Shown here: positions 39,901-49,416 of the stretch, in pieces
How positions within the stretch are numbered: position 1 is the stretch's first letter
How the letters are laid out: the number at the start of each line of letters is the position of its first letter
Origin: Mobula hypostoma
Lineage: Eukaryota
Assembly: GCF_963921235.1 (NCBI RefSeq)
Contig: NC_086108.1
Span: 52,454,001-52,518,000, forward strand
Reading direction: 5' to 3'
Length of the DNA: 64,000 nucleotides
Position numbers and translations under genes: made by a program
Notes under the pieces: model-generated
The model's database searches: none
What the model saw: the letters and a program-made list of their open reading frames with translations, nothing else
Told to the model about the DNA's origin: nothing

Positions 39901-42319
39901 CAGACAAATTTCAGCTGCATACTACCTTGTCCATTGATCCATTACTCTATTCTTACTGACCTACCTCAGCTTCCCTCCCACAGAGCAACAAACTATCAAT
40001 GTTCATTCTCGCTAAAAATTTCATCACAGATACTAGTTACTGTGCAAATTTATGCTACGAGAATCTTCAAGCAAGCTAGATTTCTGGTTGTGATTTTGAC
40101 AAAATAATCCTTAAACATGTTAATTCCTTACCCAATATAATTGAACACATGTTGTCAGATAAAACTGTTTTGCTATACTAGTTTTGTTAATATGTTTGCA
40201 ATAGAGTCACAGAGCACTAAAGTACAGAAACAGGTCCTTCGGCCCATCTAGTCCATGCTAAACTGAATTTCTAACTAAACCCATTGACCTGCACCTGAAC
40301 CATAGCCCTCCACACCCCTCCCATCCATGTACAATTCCAAACTTCTCTTAAATGCTGCAGTAGAACCCACATCCACCTCTTCTGTTGGCAGCTTGTTCCA
40401 GACTTGCACCACTCCCTAAGTGAAGAAGTTCCCTCTCAGGTTCCCCTTATGTATTTCACCTTAACCTATAACCTCTAGTTCTGGTCTCACCTAACCTCAG
40501 TCGAAAAAACCGGCTTACATTTATTCTATCTATACCTCATAATTTTGTATACCTTCTGCAAAACTCCCCTCATTCTCCTGTGCTGCAGGGAATAAAATCC
40601 TAACCTATTCAACCATTCCTGTAACTCAGATCAACTAGTCTCAGCAACATCCTTGAACATGTTCTCTGTACTCTTTCAATTTTCTTGATATCTTTCCCAC
40701 AGGTAGGTAACTGGAACTGCATTCAGTACTCCAGATCTGGCTTCAGTGAAGTTTCATACAACTTCAGCATAATATCCCAACTCCGAGACTCAATACTTTG
40801 ATTTATGAAACCCTATGTACCAAAAGCTTTATTTACAACCATGTAAGATCATAAGATATAGGAGCAGAATTAGGCCATTCAGCCTATCGAGTCAGCTCTG
40901 CCCTTTCATCGTGGCTAATCCTGGATCCCATTCAACACCATACAGCTGTCCTCTCACCATATCCCTTGATGCCCCAACCAATAAGGAATCTATCAACTTC
41001 TGCTTTACACCCACATGGCCTCTACCACAGGCTGTGGCAGAGAATTCCACACTCTTTGGCTAAAAAAAATTCCTCATTACTTCTGTTCTAAAAGGTCACC
41101 CCCTCAGTTTTGAGGCTATGCCCTCTAGTTCTAGATACCCCCACCAGAGGAAACATCCTCTCCTCATCCGCCCTATCTGGGCCTTTCAACATTCGGTAGG
41201 TTTCAATGAGATCCCCCTGCATTCTTCTAAATTCCCGTAAGTACAGGCCAAATGTTCCTCATATGTTAATCCCTTCATTTCCGGAATCATCTTCATAAAC
41301 CTCCTCTGGACTCTTTCCAATGACAATACATCCATCTGAGATAAGGGGCCCAAAACTGTTGGCAACACTCCAAGTGCAGCCTGACTAGTGTCTTATAAAG
41401 CTTCAGCATTATCTCCTTGCTTTCATATTCTATTCCCCTTGATAAATGCCAACATCACACTTGCCTTCTTTACCAGAAGACTCAACCTGTGAAATTAGCT
41501 TCTGGGGGGTTTGCATGAGTACCTCTGCACCTCTGTTGTTTAAATTCTCTCCCTATTTAGATAAGGGTCTGTGCTATTGTTCCTTGTACCAAGTGCATTA
41601 TATCCACCATAAATCTACCTGTAACACCACTTTTAAAGTTATGGATCTGTATTCTCGGAACCCTCTGATCTGTTGTTCTCCCCAGTACCCTACTGTTCAC
41701 TGTGCAAGTCTTACCAGGCTGTTCACTGTGTAAATCTTACCAGGCTTTGTCCCCTCAAAGTGCAACACCTCACATTTGTCTGCATTAACTAAATTCCGTT
41801 TACCATTTTTCCTGCTGGTTCAGATCCCACTGCAAGCTTCGATACCCTTCCTCACTATCCACTACACCCTCAATCTTGGTGTCATCCACAAATTTGTTGA
41901 TCCAGTTTACTTTGTCATCCAAATCATTAATATAAATGGCAAACAACAATGCACTGATCCCTCTGTCACACGACTAATCACAGGCCTCCAGTCAGAGAGG
42001 CAACCAACTTGTATCTCTTCCCCCGTTAAGCTAATGTTGATTCCATTTATCCACCTCAACCTGATTGCCATGTGACTAAACCTTCTAGACCAGTCTCCCA
42101 TGTGGGACTTTGTCAAAGGCTTTGCTATTGTCCATGTAGATAACATCCACTGCTTGTCCTTCATCAATTTCCCCGATAATGGTTAGACACAGCCAACGTA
42201 TAATACCAAGTGAAACCATGAAAGGATATGATAAGTTCAGGCAGAATTGCTTCCAGCTTTTTCATACATATCTCCTCGTTCCACTGGGAAACTTCTTCTA
42301 TTAAAGATTTCTGGGACAT
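12829..42319 (-). CDS. FIRRM: FIRRM / C1orf112 (FIGNL1-interacting regulator of recombination and mitosis), first 16 coding exons; 3' part apparently outside the window
   Basis: Manually spliced exons (minus): 42319-42230, 39226-39187, 34754-34666, 33693-33589, 32229-32089, 31344-31179, 31075-30991, 30605-30467, 27733-27644, 27007-26943, 25059-24911, 23450-23321, 20065-19879, 16947-16865, 16615-16564, 12918-12829. Total 1701 nt, phase-consistent with no stops. Peptides such as LFKEAYSLQKQ, HANTWKF, LCEDIL, KLCRFF, PPSLYA and WCFLARYG match human C1orf112 as recalled. Confidence 0.95.
13975..15273 (+). mobile_element. Penelope-like element, 3' part (GIY-YIG endonuclease plus pseudo-LTR)
   Basis: GVIYCVRCSRCGLLYIGET; TSD TAGCTATCT at 13966-13974 and 15274-15282; degenerate hammerhead near 15143-15177. 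Confidence 0.9.
16564..16615 (-). CDS. FIRRM: FIRRM coding exon 15 (YGSADLCAHHVSLVADL)
   Basis: AG/GTAAGC flanked. Confidence 0.93.
16865..16947 (-). CDS. FIRRM: FIRRM coding exon 14 (ECSLLDGVLGPHILTALLASDTWCFLA)
   Basis: AG/GT flanked; WCFLAR motif. Confidence 0.93.
18945..19473 (-). mobile_element. RTE (BovB-like) 3' fragment
   Basis: RRLRWLGHVRRM.DGRLPKDILYGE; C-terminal CxxC...H zinc finger; RTE-type 3' end. Confidence 0.85.
19879..20065 (-). CDS. FIRRM: FIRRM coding exon 13 (LPLFHALF...LYEYVCTHLCSFITSIPSTYFPEL)
   Basis: AG/GTGAGT flanked. Confidence 0.93.
21020..21600 (-). mobile_element. Second Penelope-like family fragment (GIY-YIG)
   Basis: GIYRTPCECGAAYIGQTG...EH; hammerhead-like CTGATGA...GAAA at 21104-21074. 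Confidence 0.8.
21640..22840 (+). mobile_element. Decayed CR1 LINE
   Basis: MDFNKAFDK-like motif and CR1 3' region. Confidence 0.7.
23321..23450 (-). CDS. FIRRM: FIRRM coding exon 12 (SCSELVFPQCLLLINIMDKLPSQSEEVQSLWC...)
   Basis: AG/GTGAGG flanked; matches human FPQCLLL...MDKLPSQ. Confidence 0.94.
24911..25059 (-). CDS. FIRRM: FIRRM coding exon 11 (KLPPSLYAP...LDALVSQLMSYRPFVERVLLDSL)
   Basis: AG/GTGAGT flanked. Confidence 0.93.
25130..25620 (+). mobile_element. Young CR1 3' fragment
   Basis: ERVQRRFTRML...FFTQRVVGVWNELP; TTCTATGG-type tail. Confidence 0.85.
26040..26770 (+). mobile_element. Decayed CR1 3' fragment
   Basis: VRPHWEY...WLPH...LQRVQK. Confidence 0.75.
26943..27007 (-). CDS. 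FIRRM: FIRRM coding exon 10 (EFNDFLSTSCRLLHHLYLQLY)
   Basis: AG/GTAAGA flanked. Confidence 0.92.
27644..27733 (-). CDS. FIRRM: FIRRM coding exon 9 (ENGNSTDCKLFQKTMKLCRFFTNTLVHYVK)
   Basis: AG/GT flanked, 90 nt. Confidence 0.93.
27975..28450 (-). mobile_element. Decayed CR1 3' fragment
   Basis: WNKLPEEVVEADT. Confidence 0.75.
28510..29040. mobile_element. Tc1/mariner-like MITE remnants
   Basis: Repeated (TA)CTGTG(C/T)AAAAG / CTTTTGCACAGTA inverted termini. Confidence 0.55.
29529..30094 (+). mobile_element. Non-autonomous RTE-type retroposon with 5' HDV-like ribozyme, copy 2
   Basis: Perfect TSD ACGTAGCAGG at 29519-29528 and 30095-30104; (CAA)n tail; colinear with copy 1. Confidence 0.9.
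29536..29720 (+). ncRNA. HDV-like self-cleaving ribozyme (predicted), copy 2
   Basis: Same pairings as copy 1; P4 CGGCTT-CGTC-AAGCCG; candidate catalytic C29705 in GCTAA. Confidence 0.78.
30467..30605 (-). CDS. FIRRM: FIRRM coding exon 8 (ISVKHRALLESKL...LCEDILYSFNSCLHLAEQM...)
   Basis: AG/GT flanked; matches human LCEDILFSFHSCLQLAEQM. Confidence 0.93.
30991..31075 (-). CDS. FIRRM: FIRRM coding exon 7 (VHSVLEICSIISKMDHALHANTWKFLI)
   Basis: AG/GTAAGT flanked; 103-nt intron to exon 6. Confidence 0.95.
31179..31344 (-). CDS. FIRRM: FIRRM coding exon 6 (ESETLYSGRLHLVADILQSLFKEAYSLQKQ...)
   Basis: AG/GT flanked; strong match to human YSGCLHLVSDLLQALFKEAYSLQKQ. Confidence 0.95.
32089..32229 (-). 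CDS. FIRRM: FIRRM coding exon 5 (SQIEILE...LENIHSL...FCHCK)
   Basis: AG/GT flanked, 141 nt. Confidence 0.92.
33589..33693 (-). CDS. FIRRM: FIRRM coding exon 4 (VMTLFDELANELLQHIRQLSSQNTGLQTALRNTIQ)
   Basis: AG/GT flanked, 105 nt; LSSQN...LRN motif. Confidence 0.92.
33948..34258 (+). mobile_element. tRNA-derived SINE (V-SINE/HE1-like)
   Basis: A-box-like TAGCGTAGCGG, B-box-like GAGTTCAATTC, (AAAT/AAAC)n tail. Confidence 0.7.
34666..34754 (-). CDS. FIRRM: FIRRM coding exon 3 (TLKILTEKFLPHITLSEIEQTFSSHVLPK)
   Basis: AG/GT flanked; matches human FLPH...EQTFFSQVLPK. Confidence 0.93.
35139..36333. mobile_element. Non-autonomous hAT (Charlie/Buster-like) element with a transposase remnant and an internal CR1 fragment
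   Basis: TIRs CAGGGG...CCCCTG; 8-bp TSD ATCTATAG at 35131-35138 and 36334-36341; minus-strand remnant LLELANNSGLKSMF...LPAFWIKVK. Confidence 0.88.
38170..38640 (-). mobile_element. Rex-Babar 3' fragment
   Basis: KLQKIVN...KIIKDVTHP...LFVPLPCGRR...NSFFPTVIRLLN. Confidence 0.8.
39187..39226 (-). CDS. FIRRM: FIRRM coding exon 2 (SIYQCSESGSKQL), 40 nt
   Basis: Preceded by TCCTTAAC branch site and AC acceptor; followed by GTAAGT; phase fits exon 3. Confidence 0.85.
39227..42229 (-). other. U12-type (minor spliceosome) AT-AC intron of FIRRM
   Basis: 5' splice site ATATCCTTT (42229-42221), branch site TCCTTAAC (39243-39236), 3' end TTAC; joins exons 1 and 2 in frame. Confidence 0.9.
40200..42165 (-). 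mobile_element. Nested CR1 fragments inside the U12 intron
   Basis: CR1 3' ends at about 40200 and 40845; LERVQRRFM motif. Confidence 0.75.
42230..42319 (-). CDS. FIRRM: FIRRM coding exon 1 (MSQKSLIEEVSQWNEEICMKKLEAILPELI)
   Basis: ATG at 42319; resembles the recalled N-terminus of the long human isoform (MSQ...LEELSSWPEELC); ends at the U12 donor ATATCCTTT. Confidence 0.85.
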
Positions 42320-42659
42320 CCTTAAAAAGTCTTCACTTTGAAAATTCTCCGGTTTACCTTTAAAAGGTACAATAAGTCTCCTCAGCGAAAGCTCAGAAGT
42401 CAAACCGGTAGACGACTGACATTTCAACCAAAGAGTGGTGCACAGGGACTGCTCCTGAAGTCAATTACACACAAGCTTCCTCCAGTGCGGGAACGGATCA
42501 CCCAGTTCGACATGATCTTTCCAGTTTTTGTTCGTTCAGATGATCATCTTCATTTTGTACATGTAGCTGCAGGATGCCTGATCCATTCTTCCAACCCAGC
42601 CCCACGCTTCCCTCCACGGCAGTCAAATATTTCTATCCCAGCAGCCTTTGGGAACTGAC

Positions 42660-42800
42660 ATCAGGAGCGAACGAAACCTACTGCGCATGTACACACCGGA
42701 CACCCAGCTTCGGCAATGCGCATGTGCATCAATTGAATCGTCGCGCATGTGCAGAGAGATTCCTAGAAATCCTTCCGGGTTTGCTTCAATAACAGGTTAG
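42660..42800 (-). promoter_or_regulatory. FIRRM promoter with three NRF1-like motifs and an ETS/GABP-like site
   Basis: TGCGCATGTACA (~42682), TGCGCATGTGCA (42717-42728), CGCGCATGTGCA (42742-42753) and CTTCCGG (~42772), in a locally CpG-rich stretch about 400 nt upstream of the ATG. Confidence 0.65.
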
Positions 42801-43019
42801 GTAACGTCTATGTAGAGGAATCTGCAGTCTCCGTGACTGGTGCCTATTTTTTTTTTCCATGTTATTAAGGAAATGACAGGAACTAAGCCGAAGAAAAAGG
42901 AACAGGACAGTTAGGATAAACACAATATATTTTGCAGATGCTGGAAATCTTGAAGCAACACACGTAAAATGCTGGAGGAGCTCAGCGAGTCAAGCTGCAT
43001 CTATGAAGAGAAATAACCA

Positions 43020-43052
43020 GTCGACGTTTCGGGTCAAGACCCTCATCAGAAC
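43020..43052 (-). ncRNA. Minimal type-I hammerhead ribozyme in a Penelope pseudo-LTR fragment (~42930-43052)
   Basis: GTT-CTGATGA-GGGT(CTTG)ACCC-GAAA-CG-TC-GAC. Confidence 0.65.
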
Positions 43053-43289
43053 GGAGATGAGGAACTTCTTTAGCCAGAGAGTCGTGAAACTGTAGAATTC
43101 GTTGGCACAAGCACAGTGGAGGCCAAGTCAATGGGTATATTTAACGCAGAGGCTGATAGGGGGGCATGAAGGTGAGAAGGGGGGAGATTGGGGCTGAGAG
43201 AGAAAATGGATCAGCCATATTGAAATGGCAGAGCTGATTCGATTGACCAAATGGTCTAATTCTGCTCCTATGGTATAAGCCAGAATAAG

Positions 43290-46225
43290 AAGTTTATGAA
43301 GGCCAATGTGCCAAAAGCTTTCTTTACGACCCAGCCTACATGTGATGCCATTTTCAATGAATTATGGATCTTTAGTCCCAGATCACTTTGTTCTACCACA
43401 CTCTCAGTACCCTACATTCACTGTATAAGACCATATTCGTTGATCCAGTTGACCACATTACTATCCAGATCATTGATATAGATGACAAAAGACGGACCCA
43501 GCACTGATCCCCATGAAACTCCACAAGTCACAGGCCTCCAATCCTTGTCAAATGCCTTACTAATGCCTTATTGTAGCCCATTTCAGCAACATTCACTGCC
43601 TTGCCTTCATCATCTTTCCTGATAATTTCCTTGAAAAGCTCTATAAGAGATTGCATGAAGCCATGCTGACTATCCTTAATCACATGTCTATCCAAATAAT
43701 CATACATCCAGTCCCTTAGAATATCTCACAATAACGTTCCCACTACTGATGTCAGGCTCACTGGCCTATAATTTCCTGGTTTAACTTTAGAGCCTTTCTG
43801 AAACAGCGTAACATTGGTTATCCTCCAATCCTCTGGTACCTCACCTGTCACGGAGGATGATTTAACTATCTCTGCTAGGGCTCCTGCAATTTCTGCACTT
43901 GTCTTCCGCAGGGTCCGAGGGAACACCTTGTCACACCCTGGGGATTTGTCCACCCTAATTTGCCTTAAGACAGCAAACACCTCCTCAGACTCAATGAGCC
44001 GAATAGCCTACTTCACCTATATCTTATGGTCTAACCATGAAGTTGATGCTGTTTTGCCTCACTTCTATAGACCCTGTGTCCATACAAATGCAAAAATTTC
44101 ATCTAAGATCTCCCCCATCTTTGAGGACCAATTTTGCCCTTGCAATCCTTTTGCTCTTAACATATCTGCAGGATCCCTTGGGATTCTCCATCACTTTGTC
44201 TGCTAGAGCAACCTCATGCCTTTTCTATCCCTCCTGATTTCCTTCTTAAGTGTTCTCTTGCATTTCTTATTTTCCATTGGCACCTCATTTTTTCCTAGCT
44301 GCCTGTACCTGCTATGCATCTCCTTTATTTTTCTAATCTCTCTTGAAGACCAAGATTCCCTACACCTGTTATCTTTACTTTTTATTCTGACAGCCATCTA
44401 CAAGCTTTGTATGCTCATAATTTTACAATTGAAGGCCTCCCACTTACCAAGTACACCTTTGCCAGAAAGCAACCTATCTTAAGCCACACTTGCCAGATCT
44501 TTTCTGATGCCACCAAAATTGGTCTTTTGCCAATTTAGAATCTGAACCCATGGGCCAGGCCTATCTTTTTGCATAGTTACTTTGAAATTAATGGCATTAT
44601 GATCACTAGATGCGAAGTGTTCCCCTACACACCAACTTCTGTCACTTAACCTGTCTCATTTGCTAATAGCAGATCGAATATTAAACACTCTCTTAGAAAC
44701 ATGGAAAACCTACAGCACAATACAGGCCTTTCGGCCTACAAAGCTGTACCGAACATGTCCTTACCTTAGAAATTACCTAGGATTACCCATAGCCCTCTAT
44801 TTTTCTGAACTCGCTGTACTTGTCCAGGCAGCCCATTCCATGCACTCACCACTCTCTGCGTAAAAATACTTACCCCTGACATCTCCTCTGTACCTACTTC
44901 CAAGCACCTTAAAACTGTGTCCTCTCGTGTTAGACACTTCAGCCTTGGGAAAAAGCCTCTGACTATCCACATGATCAATGCCTCTCATTATCTTATACAC
45001 CTCTATCAGGTCACCTCTCATCCTCCGTCGCTCCAAGGAAAAAAGGCCGAGTTCACTCAACCTATTCTCAAAAGGCATGCTCCCCAATCCAAGCAACATC
45101 CTTGTAAATATCCTCTGCACCCTTTCTATAGTTTGCACATCCTTCTTGGAGTGAGGTGACCAGACTCAATCCCATGATTGATGAAGGCCAATGAACCGTA
45201 TGCTTTCTTAACCACAGAGTCAACCTGTGCAGCAGCTTTGAGTGTCCTATGGACTCGGACCCCAAGAACCCTCTGATCCTCCACACTGCCAAGAATCTTA
45301 CCATTAATACTATATTCTGCCATCATATTTGACCTGCCAAAATGAGACACCTCACACTTATCTGGGTTGAAATTCATCTGCCACTTCTCAGCCCAGTTTT
45401 GCATCCTATCAATGTCCCGCTGTAACCTCTGACAGCCCTCCACACTGTCCACAACACCCCTAACCTTTGTGTCATCAGCAAATTTACTAACCCATCTCTC
45501 CACTTCCTCATCTAGATCATTTATAAAAATCACAAAGAGTAGGGGTCCCAGAACAGATCTCTGAGGCACTCCACTGGTCACTGACCTCCATGCAGAATAT
45601 GACCCAGCTACAACCACTCTTTTCCTTCTAGAGGCAAACCAATTCTGGATCCACAAAGCAAGGTCCCCTTGGATCCCATGCCTCTTTACTTTCTCAATAA
45701 ACCTTATATGGGGTACCTTATCAAATGCCTTGCTGAAATCCATATACACTACAACTATTGCTCTACCTTCATCAGTGTGTTTAGTCACATCCTCAAAAAA
45801 TTCAATCAGGCTCATAAGGCACGACTTGCCTTTGATGAAGCCATGCTGACTATTCCTAATCATATTATGCCTCTCCAAATGTTCATAAATCCTGCCCCTC
45901 AGGATCTGCTCCATCAACTTACCAACCACTGAGTAAGACTAACTGGTCTACATTTTCCTGGACTATCTGTACTCCCTTTCTTGAATAATGGAAATACCTG
46001 CAATACTGAAATCCTCTGGAACCTCTCCCATCCCCATTGATGATGCAAAGATCATTGCCAGCGGCTCAGCAATCTCCTCCCTCACCTCCCACAGTAGCCT
46101 GGGGTACATCTCATCTGGTCCCAGAGACTTATCAACTTGATGCTTTCTTAAAGCTCCAGCACATCACCTTTCTTAATATCTACATGTTCAAGCTTTTCAA
46201 TCCACTGCAAGTCATCCCTACAATT
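43290..46225 (-). mobile_element. CR1 LINEs (an older fragment at 43290-44690 and a younger one at 44695-46225)
   Basis: 267-aa RT ORF with QHGF, DFSKAFDKVPH, GVPQ.SVLGP, KFADDTK. Confidence 0.9.
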
Positions 46226-46228
46226 ACC

Positions 46229-47796
46229 AAACAACAGGAATTCTGCAGATGCTGGAAATTCAAGCAACACACATAAAGGTTGCTGGTGAACGCAGCAGGC
46301 CAGGCAGCATCTCTAGGAAGAGGTACAGTCGACATTTCAGGCCGAGACCCTTCGTCAGGACTAACTGAAGGAAGAGTGAGTAAGGGATTTGAAAGTTGGA
46401 GGGACAGGGGGAGATCCAGAATGACAGGAGAAGACAGGAGGGGAAGGGATAGAGCCAAGAGCTGGACAGGTGATAGGCAAAAGGGATACGAGAGGATCAT
46501 GGGACAGGAGGTCCGGGAAGAAAGATGGGGGGGGGGGACCCAGAGGATGGGCAAGGGGTATATTCAGAGGGACAGAGGGAGAAAAAGGAGAGTGAGAGAA
46601 AGAATGTGTGTATAAAAATAAATAACGGATGGGGTACCAGGGGGAGGTGGGGCATTAGCGGAAGCTAGAGAAGTGGATGTTCATGCCATCAGGTTGGAGG
46701 CTACCCAGACGGAATATGAGGTGTTGTTCTTCCAACCTGAGTGTGGCTTCATCTTTACAGTGGAGGAGGCCGTGGATAGACATGTCAGAATGGGAATGGG
46801 ATGTGGAATTAAAATGTGTGGCCACTGGGAGATCCTGCTTTCTCTGGCGAACAGAGCGTAGGTGTTCAGCAAAGCGGTCTCCCAGTCTGCGTCGGGTCTC
46901 ACCAATATATAAAAGGCCACATCGGGAGCACCGGATGCAGTATATCACCCCAGTCGACTCACAGGTGAAGTGTTGCCTCACCTGGAAGGACTGTTTGGGG
47001 CCCTGAATGGTGGTAAGGGAGGAAGTGTAAGGGCATGTGTAGCACTTGTTCCGCTTACACGGATAAGTGCCAGGAGGGAGATCAGTGGGGAGGGATGGGG
47101 GAGACGAATGGACAAGGGAGTCGCGTAGGGAGCGATCCCTGCGGAATGCAGGGGGGGGGGAGGGAAAGATGTGCTTAGTGGTGGGATCCCGTTGGAGGTG
47201 GCGGAAGTTACGGACCCGGTTGGACCCGGAGGCTGGTGGGGTGGTAGGTGAGGACCAGGGGAACCCTATTCCTAGTGGGGTGGCGGGAGGATGGAGTGGG
47301 AGCAGATGTACATGAAATGGGGGAGATGCATTTAAGAGCAGAGTTGATAGTGGAGGAAGGGAAGCCCCTTTCTTTAAAAAAGGAAGACATCTCCCTCGTC
47401 CTAGAATGAAAAGCCTCATCCTGAGAGCAGATGCGGCGGAGACGGAGGAATTGCAAGAAGGGGATGGCGTTTTTGCAAGAGACAGGGTGAGAAGAGGAAT
47501 AGTCCAGATAGCTGTGAGAGTCAGTAGGCTTATAGTAGACATCAGTGGATAAGCTGTCTCCAGAGACAGAGACAGAAAGATCTAGAAAGGGGAGGGAGGT
47601 GTCGGAAATGTACCAGGTAAACTTGAGGGCAGGGTGAAAGTTGGAGGCAAAGTTAATAAAGTCAACGAGCTCTGCATGCGTGCTGGAAGCAGCGCCAATG
47701 CAGTCGTCGATGTAGCGAAGGAAAGTGGGGGACAGATACCAGAATAGGCACGAAACATAGATTGTTCCACAAAGCCAACAAAAAGGCAGGCATAGC
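46229..47796 (-). mobile_element. Penelope-like element, same family as 13975-15273, longer copy
   Basis: GIY-YIG ORF; pseudo-LTR with hammerhead-like CTGACGA...GAAA. Confidence 0.9.
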
Positions 47797-47809
47797 TTGT
47801 AAAAATAAA

Positions 47810-49010
47810 GGGATCCTTTTTGGATTAGCTACTGGTGGCTAGTGTTCCACAAGGATTTATAATGGGATAGCTTCTTCTAACGTTGTATGTCAACAGTTTG
47901 ATGGGCTGATACTCAGATGGGTGGAGGCGCAGGTAGTGTTGAGGAAGCAGAGAGGCTGCAGAAGGACTTAGATTAGGAGAATGGGCAAAGGAGTGGATGG
48001 AATGCAGTGTCAGGAAGTGCATGGTATTGTACTTTGGTAGAAGGAATAGAAGCATAGACTATTTTCTAAACAGAGAAAATTCAAAATCCGAGGGATTTGG
48101 GAGTTCTCGTGCAGGATTCCCTAAAGATTAATTTGCAAGTTTAATATGTGATGAGGAAGCAGAATGCAATGTTAGCATTCATTTCAAGAGGACTAGAATA
48201 TAAAAGCAAGGATATAATGTTGAGGCTGTGTAGGGCACTGTTGAGGTCTCACTTGGAGTATTGTGAACAGTTCTGGTCCCCTTATCTAAGAAAGGATGTG
48301 CTGACTTTGGAGAGGCTTCAGAGTAGGTTCATGAGAATGATTCTGGGAATGAAAGGATTATCATATGAGAAGCGAATGAAGGCTCTAGGCCTGTACTCAC
48401 TAGGATTTAGAAGAATGATTGGGCATCTCCATCGAATATTGAAAAGCCATGATAAAGTGGATGTGAAGAGGCTGTTTCCTTTGATGAGCGAGTCTAAGGC
48501 CAGAGGGGACAACCTCAAAAGATAGGGATGTCCATTTAACTCAAAATTCAAAGTAAAATTTACCATCAGAGTACATACTTGTCACCACATACAACCGAGA
48601 TTCTTTTTCTGTGGGCATACTTAACGAGTAAAAATTCCTGCAGCCTGTAGTAGGTCGATTTTTCCTTTCAGTAAGGCTGAGGGAGGGGATCTTGGGCTTA
48701 AAAAGGTTGATGACCGCTACTGTAGAGAGGTGCGGATGTACACCGGCCCCATGTTCGAAGAACGGAGATAAGGAGGCATTTATTTCGCTGGAGGATGGTG
48801 TATCTGTGGAATTCATTGCCACATGAGGCTGTGGAGCCCAGGTCATTAGGTGCATTTAAGCTAGAGATTGGTATGGGCTTAATTAGTCAGAGTGTGAAAG
48901 GTTATGGGGAGAGGGCAGGAGAATAGGGTTGAGCGGGAATTAGATAAGCAATGATGAAATGGCAGAGCAGACTTGATGGGCCAAATGGTTTAATTCTGCT
49001 CCTTTGTCTT
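47810..49010 (+). mobile_element. Decayed CR1, interrupted at about 48540-48770
   Basis: LAFISRGLEYKS...HLEYCEQFWSPYL. Confidence 0.8.
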
Positions 49011-49107
49011 GTGATATAAGTAATATTTAATGCATGTTTCAGGTTAGAAATAGGTCACTTTATGAAATTGGTTGTATTTCTAAAGAAACAAGAATCTGGT
49101 ATTCATA

Positions 49108-49416
49108 AGCACAAGAAAATCTGCGGATGCTGGAAATCCAAAACAACACACACAAAATACGCTGGAGGAACTCAGTAGGTCGGGCAGCATCAGTGGGAAA
49201 GATCGGTCAACGGTTCGGGCCGGAACCCTTCGTCGGGACTGATGCTGCCCGACCTGCTGAGTTCCTCCAGCGTGTTGTGAGTGTTGCTTTGACCCCAGCA
49301 TCTGCAGATTATTTGGTGTTAACACACACAAAATACCTGAGGAACTCAGCAGGCCAGGCAGCATCTATGGAAAAAAGTAAACAGCGTTTTAGGCCAAGCC
49401 CTATCATCAGGACTTG
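49108..49416. mobile_element. Composite Penelope pseudo-LTR insertion
   Basis: 14-bp TSD ATCTGGTATTCATA at 49094-49107 and 49417-49430; inverted arms; decayed hammerhead cores. Confidence 0.75.

Noticed and set aside
41692..41745. 26-bp tandem duplication CTGTTCACTGTG...CTTACCAGG
   Set aside because: Two-copy slippage inside a decayed CR1; not an array, and not CRISPR in this eukaryotic context
42320..42427. In-frame upstream extension of FIRRM exon 1 in the ORF track
   Set aside because: It starts at TTG; similarity to FIRRM begins at ATG 42319
45126..45929. 267-aa reverse transcriptase ORF as a possible host or domesticated gene
   Set aside because: An ordinary truncated CR1 ORF2 with deletions and frameshifts on either side
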